Shown: piece by piece, positions 17,190 through 29,249 of the stretch
Layout of the letters: every line of letters begins with the position of its first letter
Numbering within the stretch: position 1 is the first letter of the stretch
Source of the DNA: Geosiphon pyriformis uo1
Lineage: Eukaryota > Fungi > Glomeromycota
Assembly (NCBI GenBank): GCA_016748015.1
Contig: JAAOMT010000703.1
Coordinates: 804,255 to 868,254 of the forward strand
Reading direction: 5' to 3'
Length of the DNA stretch: 64,000 nucleotides
Translations under genes and position numbers: made by a program
The notes under the pieces: generated by a model
Told to the model about the DNA's origin: nothing
The model's database searches: none
Seen by the model: only the letters and a program-made list of their open reading frames with translations

Positions 17190-19673
17190 ATGGACGACGA
17201 TTTTTATAGGAATTGTCCCCATTCAACAACTGAAAGTACATATGAGGGCGTGTTGTGTACTGCCTGCGGACTTGTGACTAGCAAATGTGGTAAATTTGCT
17301 TCAGAGAAAGAAGGAGGTATTTGTAATTATGGTTTTATATTACCATTTTATCTGGAAAGCAAACATTCTAAACAAAATTACTGGGAATCTTAGAGGAGAC
17401 AGGAGTGCAAAATGAAGAATACCGCTCACGACAGGTGGTTCATACTAAAAAAGAAATACACCAAGAAAAGTTTGAAAAACGGGTAGGTTGTAACTATTTT
17501 TCAACGTTCGCATTTTTAACTGAAAAAACTCAATTTATTTGCTATTACTGGTACCTCATAAATTAATAGATCAAAACCCAAACCCAACGCATATGTCAAA
17601 ATCTTAATATTCAGCCATTTTTTAATCGAATTGTTGCTGTTGTTTTAGAATATCATCGACAAATGCCATTGCTCAAAGGCAGAGAAGAAACGGCAGCTAT
17701 TGGAGCTGCGACATGTCTTGCCCTTAGAGAAAAAGGATCTCCGGTTACATTGAATCAAGTGGCGGTAAGTATTTATAGTATATATTTGCATTGAAAACAT
17801 GATGAAAGACATGTCTCAAGAATTTTCCAATGATAGAGGACACTTTCAGTCGAACCTGGGGATCTTACGGCTTTTTTTAGACAAATGATGAAAAAGATAA
17901 AGAATACTGTGAAGGAACCTTCAGTAAACTTGGATATCCTAATAAGCGCAATTATTGCAGCCATGTTTGATAAAAAAGTCGTCAATAATCTTCCTTTATA
18001 TACACAAGAATCTGAGTTAACACATTTGGAAGAGGATGCTCAAGTATTTGACCCAAAATTTTTTCATAAACACGCTCGAGTTATAAAACGCCTGGCGCGA
18101 GTTGCTACCGTACAATCGCGAAAATTTCGTGAGACTCTCAGCCCCTGCATGAAAGCCTATAAAAAGGTTTTGCTAGGAACTTCTTATGCTTTGTTAGAAT
18201 ACGCTTCCAATGCTGGTATCGTAACTGGACGTCAACCCGTTCCAATGGCAGCTGCTATAATACTTTACGCGATTGAGGTAACCGAAAAGCCTACTTTAAA
18301 GGAGCGGACCTCTAATTTCAAAATTGCTGAAGAATTTGTTGCTTATGCTTTTGAGATAAAGGCCGATCGTGTCATGTCAACCAGATACCGTGAGCTTCGT
18401 TCTCTCATATTACCTAAAGTTTTGGACCTTCCGTGGGCTTTTCTGGCACATGAAAATCATGCCCGAGCCTATTTATATGTCAATGACGTGATTGAGTCTG
18501 ATCCCCCAAGAAATACTACATCGAATTCTAATGATTTAAGCCTGAGTCAAATACCATCAATAGCTAACACCCAACGTCAGAGAGCCCGTAGATACAAGAA
18601 ACTTCAAAAAGCTAAGCTGTATTTAGAAAAAGAAAAATCTAACATTATTGCCAAACGTTCAACAAACTGGATGGAGGTTGTGACATCCGATAATGAAACT
18701 TTGGCTGAAATCGCCCAGGATAAAGAGATACAATACCTGAAAAAGCTCCTCATGGTTAACTTTACTACCGAAGCCCAATTAATTGACGCGTCAACCGGGC
18801 TTTTGGAAGCGTGGGTACAGCAGGCAGAGCGAGGGCCAATTACACATGATCTTCTTGATCCATCATTATATGAGGAAGATATTCCTGAAGATGAGTTAGG
18901 GGATTATATCAAGGATTCAAATAAGGCAAGCTTTGTCTACAGGATTTTATCATTTAAATTTAAATTTAAATTTTACATATGGCGCTTATTAATAGATTCA
19001 AACCCAAGAAAACTTAGCTGGGATCCGAGGAAATGACGAAATTAGGACTCTCTTCAATAATAATGATGAAACAATAAATATTTCTGACGAGGATATACCT
19101 AATATCGATGATCCTCAAGACACTATCATGATTATTGATGACGATGAATTAAAAAATGGTAATGATCAACATGAATTTGTTCTTTTGATTCGTGGTACCA
19201 ATAATGCTAATTATATTTAGGACATAGGTGACTATCAATGGGCTGATGACGATGAGAATTCGGAGGAACACGACTTTGATCAAACTTCAATTGAACAAGA
19301 TAGTGGTAACTCCAGTGACATAAATGATCCACCCGAAGTGTCTATACCTAGGTTTGAGATTAAAGGACAATTAAACAGAAATGAAAAGATGGAGAAGAAA
19401 AGACGACGAGTACGGTTGGCTCACTTGTCTGACAAGCCTCCAAAAAAGAGGAAAATCAATGAAGTCAAGGATGAGGCACCCACTAGTTCTGACTCCGTAA
19501 AACCTGACGACAATGGTAAAAATCCTGCTGGAAAACCCAGAATACGCGGCAAAAATAGCCAGTTAAGCACTCCTGTTTCGGGCCTCAACGAGCCACCAGA
19601 TGACCGATCAACATCTGGTGTTCCCAAGAGGCCAAAGCTCTTGAAAAGAGCTGATGAAATTAATTATGGTTAA
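17190..19673 (+). CDS. TFIIB-related factor, BRF2-like (TFIIIB subunit), 6 coding exons
   Basis: N-terminal Zn ribbon (CPH...CTACGLV); cyclin repeat 1 (AAIGAATCLALREKGSPVTLNQVA|RTL); repeat 2 (LLEYASNAGIVTGRQPVPMAAAIILYA...RYRELRSLI..LDLPWA); acidic EEDIPEDELGDYIKD; basic NLS-like tail. GC-AG intron 18926-18995. Confidence 0.72.
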
Positions 19674-19855
19674 ACCTAAAATAGGTGTTTTGTCCTTAAT
19701 AAAAATTGTAGTTTTGATCACAAATTAAAACTTCAAATAAATATTTAATCAGACCGCCGATCATTGACCCTGGCGTCATCACATGTAATATATATTTACG
19801 AGTAACAGGTTAATCAAAACGTTCGTTTCCTTGACAAATCGGCAGAACAAAGATT

Positions 19856-22800
19856 ATGGTGGCTTTCTCTAAACCTTCCACTGAGCTTCCCGCCGCCATT
19901 CAGTTGGTTCTTAACCCTTTGGTTAATTCCAAATCTTCCCAAACCAACACCAGATCGCGGGTCTTGGCCTCAGCTGCGATTCTTTCTTTGGCAGCATATA
20001 CTACCAATTATTTTTATCAAAAGCACCGCGCTTCCTCTGAGTTAGTGAATCGGTCCTCTTCTACTCAAAATCACCACCCACAAACGGCTCCTGCTGAATC
20101 TGCCTCCGCCATCAAGAAGTATACCATTACTATACCGTACAAAAATCGTACAGCTTCAGTCACTATTTGCCCAACGAAACCCGGGACTTTTGAAAAACAC
20201 AAGCGGTTTTTCACCCCTCTTCATGATAGTAGCCAACCAGTTGGCGTCAATAGGACATTTTTCACACAATTGAAAGCTATTTTGAAAATACTTATCCCTA
20301 GGTTAAGATCAAAAGAGGCCTTCATATTATTACTGCACTCGATCTTTCTACTCCTTCGGACATACCTCAGTATTGTAGTGGCAAGAGTAGATGGAAGGAT
20401 TGTCAGAGATTTAGTAAGAACTAGATGATTGAAATCAATTTCGCATTTGGGATTTGAAAAACAATTGGAGATCACGATTCCCTGACTATTATAAAATAGG
20501 TTGCGGCGAATGGGAAAGAATTCGTCAAAGGTTTGGGCTACTGGTTTGCAATTGCAATTCCGGCGGTCTATACTAATAGCATGGTATGTATCTTTAAATT
20601 TATTTATTTTTTACTATCGAATTTAATTGCTAGATTGTTTAATACCCCTCCAACAGTTAAGAAATCATTAAATTGACTCGTCGTTAATTCACATATTTTA
20701 TTTCAAGATTCGCTACCTCCAATCGAAATTATCAATTGCGTTCCGTACGCGACTGACTCGATATGTCCATGATTTATATTTAGATGAAAAAAACGCGTAT
20801 TACAAAGTAATCAATCTCGATAATAGGATTGATGGTCCTGATCAGTGAGTTTTTACATCAAATGTTTTAAATTCTAATTAAAATGGTCCTAACTAAAATT
20901 TTAATACTTTAAAGGTTTATCACAACTGATATATCGCGATTCTGTGATGGACTCGCGTCACTTTACTCAAACTTGGGCAAACCTATATTGGATACTATTA
21001 TATTCAATTATGCATTGACAAAGAGTATAGGACTGGCTGGAATGCTTGGAATATTCTCGAATTATGTGATTACTGCCCGTCTTCTTCGAAACGTCACCCC
21101 TGCTTTTGGAAAATTAGCTGCAATTGAAGCTAAATTGGAAGGTGACTTCCGTGCTACTCACTCTCGGCTCATTACCAATGCTGAGGAGATCGCGTTTTAT
21201 AATGGTGCTCCCTTGGAACACTCAATTCTGAATCGTACCTATACTCGCCTGATCAAGCATATTAATTCAATACTGAAGATTCGTATCGCCTATAATATGT
21301 TTGAAGACTTTGTAATCAAGTATTTTTGGAGTACAGTTGGGCTATTAATGTGTGCTTTGCCAGTCTTTTATCCAGAATGGGGTGGTCGCGGTGGAAGAAC
21401 AGAGTTAGAAGGAGGAATTGCCCCCGAGGGTAAAGAACGGGACCGCACGAAAGCGTTTATAACAAATAAAAGGTATTTGTCTCATTATCTTGGAATTGAT
21501 TATCAAAATCATATAATTATCAGTTTCATCCATGAACAGGATAATGTTGACTTTAGCGGACGCTGGTGGTCGCATGATGTTATCCTATAAAGAGCTTGCT
21601 GAGCTCGCTGGTTACACTTCACGAGTATTCAATTTACTCTCAGTATTGCATATGCTTCATGCTAATCAATATGTTACTACGCCTCGCTCCTCATCTTTTC
21701 CTGCTGATAAAATATTTTACTCGCTGGGTGATATTCGTGGAAGTGTAATTTATGGATTTAATGGATTGAAATTCGAAAATGTACCCATTGTAATCCCTAA
21801 ACCGGGAAATCCCCAAGGTGGGGAGGAATTAATTTCGGGATTGAACCTAACTCTAAAGCCAGGTGAACATTTGCTGATTACCGGTCCCAATGGTGTTGGC
21901 AAAACGAGTATTGCCCGGGTTATCAGCACGCTATGGCCCATCTTCCGTAAATATTTTTTTCTAGTTTATCATATTTTGGTGTTTCTCTTGGTAAAATATA
22001 GTTTTTCCTTCTTATAGGGGGAACTCTTTCCCGCCCTCACATTGGTGATATTTTTTATATTCCTCAACGCCCATATCTAAGTATTGGAACATTCCGTGAT
22101 CAGTAAGTGAAACAGATGTTAGATTCTAATATTTCAAATCTGTTACTCGTTTAAAATTTTATCTTCCGTAATGAATATTATAATTATTTACATTAAAGAC
22201 TCATCTATCCTCATTCACACGCGGATATGGTTCGAGATCATCGCACTGACGAGGAATTGTTAAATATTTTGGATCTTGTTCATCTCAAAAACGTTCTGAA
22301 TCGTGAAGGGGGATGGGAAACAAAGAAAGAATGGAAAGACGTATTCTCAGGAGGCGAAAAACAAAGGGTATTCTTGTTTTATTTTTTAATGAAACTTTTG
22401 GTTAATATCTAAGTAGAAGTTATGATAATACTCATGAAAAAAACTGGGTTTTCCGAATTAGATTGGAATTTGCAGATTATTTTACCATAATCCGAAATTT
22501 GCAATACTGGATGAATGTGAGTCATTTTTCTCAAGCAGGGATATTTATCTAATTTTAATTAAAATATTCTCTAATAAATTATCAGGCACCAGTGCTGTGA
22601 GTACTGACGTTGAAGGATTAATGTATCAACATGCTAAGGATGTTGGTATTAGTAAGTATTGGAGTGAACATGTTTAAAACGAGGTTACTCGGGGAAATAT
22701 TAAACTTTATTTTTATTTGTATTATTTCTCAAAGCCTTAATCACAATTTCTCACCGGCCTGCATTGACCAAATACCATACCCATCTATTACGGGTTACCG

Positions 22801-22997
22801 GGGAAAGCGACTTTGGTGATATCACAACTATTGGAACCCCTGAAGAGCGCATGTCTCTTGACCGAGAAGTTTCGGCTTTAGAAGAAAAAATAAAAGATGT
22901 TGAAGCTATGGAAAACAGATTGGCCGAAATCAATCGTGAGCTTCAGTTAGGCATATCCAATGAAGATACGAGAATTCGTAAACGAGGACTAGTATGA
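19856..22997 (+). CDS. Peroxisomal ABCD-family half transporter (PXA1/PXA2/ALDP-like), ~10 exons
   Basis: [23 protein letters not shown] motif [10 protein letters not shown], Walker [10 protein letters not shown], signature FSGGEKQR, Walker B AILDECTSAVS, ISHRP. Confidence 0.93.
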
Positions 22998-23550
22998 TGA
23001 TCAAATTATGACTATATTGGTCTCTTTGCTTTAAAAAAGGATCAATAAATAAGACCATGAAATACCAAGATAATTTAGTTAGTTCTTTGATTTTTTATAG
23101 ACATTAATTTGTTTTGATTTGGGCCTACCAGCTATAAAACCTTTGAATTGCCAGATTTTGAATTAGGGCTAAATTGTACTATATGTACTTTAAAAAAATT
23201 TATAAAATAGGTGCTTAATTTAATTACTAACATAAGCGTTTTACTACTATAGTTGAATATTTTAAACTTCTGGTCGTTCTATCCCTTATTAACCTCTATC
23301 TAAATATATTTGAATATTCTCATTTCCAGCTGATACTTCCACAATTTTGCTATAGATGGTTCAGCTCGAAATTTGATCTTCAAAAAATAAATATCTATAG
23401 ATCGCCGGGAAGGTTCAATGATCGACATAACGCTTTTGGGTCTTCTGACCTAATTTTTGTAATATCACCCGATCGTGTACAATTATGAAAATTATTCTTT
23501 CCTACTCTGATAAGATTCTTTAATATTAGGGTACTGAAATCTCAAAAAAC

Positions 23551-26409
23551 ATGGTTCGACTTGCAGTTTATGGTGGAATAAGTAGTTTCTTGGCGATTTC
23601 AGTAGTCGCCGCTGCATTTCGGCAGCGAAGTAATTTTTATGCCGCTTGTATATACTTATCAAAATCAAGCGCTTGCATGATGGTATGTTTTGTTCCCAAA
23701 AAAAACCCTAACTTTTGCTCCACGTCCCGATTCCCGATAAACCTTTGGAACGATCCATGATCTTATAAACTAAGGCCTTCCTACCTCTCATTTTCTACTA
23801 ACTTGTCCTCATTGGTAATGCTACCACTTTACTTATGGGCGTCTTTAACATAGCAACTTTTTCCATCGTAATCATAATGTGACTCCCAAATTAGATATTG
23901 ATGAACATGGGTTTTTTTCTGATGATTGTGTTTGGTCAAATTTTGCAAAGTATATTTTTTGGACAATTACGAGCAGTGGAGATTGAGGCAAGCAATTTAA
24001 TCTGATACTTTGTTTTTAAATTTGATTTTCTTTTAACTTTTTCTTTACACTCTGATGATCGATCAGCATTTATACGAAAGAGCTTGGTATGCTGTCACGG
24101 AAACGTGTCTTGCAATGACGATTTTCCGGGATGAATTTGATACAAGATTTTTTGTCACCTTTACAACATTATTATTTTTGAAAATATTCCATTGGTTATG
24201 TCAAGATCGCGTGGAATTTGTGAGTGTGGAAGAAAAAAATTACTGAAAAACATATTTTTTTTCGACACGACTTTTTAAGAAACTAATAATCTTGGACGGT
24301 TGAATTGTGACTGAAAAGATGGAGCAATCGCTTGCGGTACCCATGTCATTTCACGTCCGAATGGTGGCTCTGATGGAGATATTATGTGCCGTGGACGCTT
24401 TATTGGTTCTCCACGCGGTTGATGTAACGATGAAAAAAGGGCCGAATATGATGATCATGTTCGCATTTGAGGTGTGTTATTATAAAATGACTGGTCAATA
24501 TTTAATAAAGCCCATTTCTCTTATACCTATGAATTGTTCTTGATTATTAGTATTCCATTTTGGGGGCGACAATAATTTCTACTTTTTGCAAATATATTTT
24601 GAATGTAATCGACATGAGACGAGAAGAACCATGGGAAAATAAATCGATATATGTTTTTTATTTGGAACTTGTCACTGGTAAATATTCTGCTGCCAAATAT
24701 ATGATCTTTAAAAAAATGAAACTAAGCTTTATACTATAATTTGCAGATTTTTTCAAGTTAATCACCTACCTCATATTTTTTGCCATCATCCTAATATTCT
24801 ATGGACTTCCACTTCATATTATCCGGGATGTATATGTCACTCTCCGATCTTTTCTACAAAAATGTGGTGAATTTGTACGATATAGAAGAGCAACCAGAAA
24901 CATGAATGAACGCTATCCGAACGCAACACCAGAGGAGCTTGAAAGATTAAGTGATAGAACATGTATTATTTGCCGGGAAGAGATGATCGCTGCTGCAATG
25001 GCATTCGATGCTATAAACAATAATCCGCCAGAAGCAGCAGCAGGAAGACCAAATCGCAGACAGGTTAACACTGGATCCAGTGATACACCAAAAAAGCTGC
25101 CATGTGGTCATATTTTCCATTTTCATTGCCTAAGGAGTTGGTTGGAAAGACAACAAAGTTGCCCTACATGGTATCGACTTTAAATTTTATTCTTTATTGA
25201 CCTCTCTGAAATATTCTTTGCCCAAGTTTCCATAATTCTCATTATTACTCACTCTCTTATTGTTTTAGTCGCAGACCTGTATTATCAGAAAGTAAGTTCT
25301 TTTTAAGTTCATCTGATGTTGAGTTCATAGAAATTTTTATTTAATTCATTTCGTATTGACTTTGTCCGCAAAGCTCAACCACAACAACAAGCAGCGCGGC
25401 CTATACCAATTCCAAGAAATGGACCACAGCAAGCACCAGCACCACCACCTCCAATGCATGGCATGCCTCTTTTGGCTAATCCATTTCAAGGCTATATAGG
25501 TAATCCTATGCCAGGTTTAATGATGTTTCCACCACCTCCAATGCAAGTGCCTTGGATGGGTGCTCCCATTCCAATACCGAATGCAAATGATCGCAATGGG
25601 AATCTCCAGCCAAATGGTGATCATGCACCTGATTCATCAGCTCCACAACAGATTTCAACAAATATTGGTGAACCGCCAACCACCGATGTATGTATCCACC
25701 TTTCCCAAAATTAGTCACATATCAATGATATTTACTTATATATTACATTCATCAGCAGGTCGAGGCCTCGACTTCATCATCACAGTCTCAGTCTAGTAAT
25801 AGCACACGCCAGCAGCCCTCGATAGCTTTGCCGAGTTTGACTTCGACGAGAGACACCTCAAACTCGTCCTCAACATTAACACAGCCCCAAATTTCATTAT
25901 CCTCCAATTTTCCTCCCTCAACCCAATCACCACCACCTGTTCAAAATGCTCCACCTTTTCACCAATATCACTCACAGTATACGTTGGATGGCTTAATTCC
26001 TTTAATTTCTTTGCCTCCTTTCAGAAATCCTGGATTGGGAGATTTTACAACCGGGGACTCGTCAATATCTTTGACCTCTTTAAATAATTTATCTGAAGAG
26101 CAAATTCGCATGTTGCAATCCAACACCCGGGAAGCACTCGTAGAAAGATTGAGAATTCTTCAGAGTGCTTCTGGACAAATATTTGACATTATCACTTTGT
26201 TAACACAAACACTAAGCGCTTTGCCCCAAGTTCCCCAAGAAAACCAATCACCACACGGTAACTTGGAAACTGAAATTTCATCGGTCAACAATAACTCAGG
26301 CCAAGCCTCAAGCCTCGAAAAAGACAAAAAAGGAAAAGGAAAAAGTGTTACCATATCAGATGAAGATTTTACAAATCTAGATCACTCCGAGACAGATCCA
26401 CCGGAGTGA
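23551..26409 (+). CDS. HRD1: ERAD E3 ubiquitin ligase HRD1/synoviolin, ~9 exons
   Basis: HLYERAWYAVTETCLAMTIFRDEF, WENKSIYVFYLEL, RING-H2 CIICREEM...[25 protein letters not shown], Pro-rich tail. GC-AG intron 23988-24066. Confidence 0.95.
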
Positions 26410-26667
26410 AAAAAAATTCCAAGCTCGAATAAACTATGCCTGCTACATATGGCGTGGATCAGAAATTCTGTATATTTAGGCATTAACTAAAGACCCTGCA
26501 ATAATAACTGTAGATAGAATATCCCTGATACATAATACTAAGAAAAAGGGGAGTAATACCATCTGGATTCATAATCGAGAGCGTAACTGGCTTCTCCATG
26601 CAAGGGATATTTTGATCCACGAAATAAGTGATTTCCCAATTAAACAATAATCAAGCAAGTTTGAATT

Positions 26668-27195
26668 TCATGAAGTTTTGGCTTCTCTCTCGCCATTTTC
26701 TGTACTCTCTATAATACCCAGCCTAAAAACATTACTTTTAGCGGCGGAGTCTGCTGCTCGACGCGATTTGGCTTCTTCTTCTTTCCTCAATTTCTGCTGT
26801 CTCTCTTCCTCCGCCCTGATTTTTCGAGCACGAGCGAGCTAGCGAGAAAGTTTTAACGTCTGAGACACGGAAAGTTACAAAGCTGTCGACCCTTTTCGAA
26901 CAAGAACTTTATTGAATAGCAAAAACTTTGAAATAGATTAAAAAAATACCTCTTTCGTATGGTGTAAACACTCAAAATAGTCATCTCTTTGTAGAAGACA
27001 TTCTTCGGGAAAGTCAGCCATAGCGTAACATTTTTTGAATTCTAGCCAAAGGGTGTAACATCGGGTAGGACCACCACCAATAATCCCCCAACCTGAAGCC
27101 ACTTTTGAACCATAACAAGATATTGGTGTTTAAAGTTAAGAGCCCGTCTTTTGATTCGAAAACATGGAAGAGTTAGTATAATTAGGATACTTACT
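26668..27195 (-). CDS. NDUFS5: Complex I 15-kDa twin-CX9C subunit (NDUFS5-like); exons 27195 (A of ATG), 27101-26950, 26838-26668
   Basis: Spliced product MASGWGIIGGGPTRCYTLWLEFKKCYAMADFPEECLLQRDDYFECLHHTKE|LARARKIRAEEERQQK...AKTS*. The two CX9C motifs and DDYFECLHH are typical of the family. Not in the ORF track. Confidence 0.85.
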
Positions 27196-27348
27196 TATGT
27201 TTGTTATAAAAGATGAGAAAAGTTGAAACCCAGTTATCGGTTAATTTTGTGGTATTGATATATTTGATAAGATAATGAATATTTGAATGTGATCTATCGT
27301 ATTTAAAAAGCTTTTATCACTATTATTGTAAACTCGAGAACATCGGAA

Positions 27349-28981
27349 ATGACCTCGTTTGTTACTACAATGCGTGATACCCTTTATGGGGTCACCTCTT
27401 GCTGTTTTCCCAATCCAACTCTTTTCATTAATCGTCACACTTTCAAAGTGATCAAATTACTGGGTGAAGGGTGAATTTCCCGCATAAGATCCCTATTTTC
27501 AACTACTCAAACTCACGCATATTTATATAAAAATTTAAATAACCTTCATTCTTGTTTTATTAGAGGTTTCTCCTTCGTATACCTAGTGAAGGACGTGAGC
27601 ACAGGTCGCTTATATGCCTTGAAAAAAATTAGATGTTCAATTGAGAGTGGAGCTGTCAAGGATGCGATGAAAGAAGTGGAAATGTATCGATTATTTCAGC
27701 ATGAGAACATAATCCAAGTTATTGTAAGTATGGCGACTACTTTTCATTTTGATCATATTAAGCTTGAAAAAGTTTTTAATCTGACCGAATCCAATTTGAC
27801 CCAAAAGGATACTTGTGTTGTGCAAGATCGGGATAGCGGGAAAATAGTGTATATCTTTTTGCCATATTATAAGGTAGAGTTGAGGAATTTTCTTGAATTG
27901 ATATTATTGCTTTTTAGCGTTTCTAACAGAAACAATTTTGAATAAAATACCTAAATGTGAATAGCGTGGTAATTTACAAGATGCCATTAACGATCATCTC
28001 TTAAACCACACTCATTTCAACGAAAAAGAAATGCTCGAAATATTTCGTCAGATTTGTTATGGGGTCAGGGCACTTCATACCTATCAATTACCAACTGTAC
28101 CAAAACGATCCGATATTCACTCTACCACAATAGATCCAGCATTGTCCCAATCAGATAACGGAGTCAATATTGTGCCTTATGCACATCGTGATATTAAACC
28201 TGGGTACGATGGCAGTTGTTTATATCAATGAACTTATTTTTTCAATATTTATTAATTGATAATCAAACAAATCTTTTCAATTATTATCAGCAATATTTTA
28301 ATTTCAGATGACGGGAAGACTCCGATACTAATGGACTTCGGGTCATTGGTTCGCGCACGTATTAAGATTAATAATCGTGCCGAGGCGTTAACGCAACAAG
28401 ATTTAGCAGCGACCCATTCGACAATGCCTTATCGTGCACCAGAATTGTTTGATGTTAAGACGAATACTGAGCTAAATGAAAAAGTTGACATTTGGGTACG
28501 CCCAAAAACTTTGTTTTACTGTAAATTAAAATATTTTGTTTCCGCTATCTGAATTTTATTTGAACATTTTTTTAGTCATTGGGCTGCACGCTTTACGCAA
28601 TGGCTTATGGGAAGTCGCCCTTCGAAACGAGTATTACTGAACAAGGCGGATCAATGACCCTGGCTGTACTCAACGCCCAATTTCGGTTTCCAGAAGCTGA
28701 ACAAGAAATGTATGTCAATTTAGAATAATCTGTAAATACTTTTCACAACTGTTTTTTATATCAACTTTTAAACTTTGGGAACAGATATTCTTCCGAATTT
28801 CGAGACCTCATTAATTTTATGTTGGTCGCTGATCCGAAAAATCGGCCCGATATTCATCAGGCAAATATCAAATTTTTCTTCATATGGAAATACTTTATAA
28901 ATATTTATTGCTAAAACATTCTCACATTTTTAGGTTATTGCAAAGACAGCAGATCGATTGTTAGAAGATGTCGAAACATGA
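27349..28981 (+). CDS. ENV7: Ser/Thr kinase ENV7/STK16 (NAK family), 8 exons
   Basis: N-terminal SCCFP (palmitoylation-type), LLGEGGFSFVYLV, YALKKIRC, HRDIKPGN, LMDFGS, STMPYRAPELFDVKT, VDIWSLGC, RPDIHQ|VI. Confidence 0.88.
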
Positions 28982-29249
28982 AAAGTTTAATATAATATAT
29001 TAGATTTGGATGATTCTATCTAATCCTCGAACAGTTCTCAATAACTTAATTTCCGAAAATATGATATTATTTTCTTTCCCTTGTATTCTTTTGTACATCA
29101 TACACATACCTCAACCCCTTTTTGTAATAATATTTCGAAATTTTGGCATGTGAAGTTTGATTTCATAGAAGTGTTTTCGAATATAAAAATTTCTGATTTT
29201 ACTCGAGTCATATATCAGATATAAATTTATATGTTGGCCATTTTTTTCA

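Noticed and set aside
23663-23894. snoRNA in the unusually long HRD1 intron 1
   Set aside because: No convincing C/D or H/ACA boxes by eye; would need an Infernal/Rfam scan.
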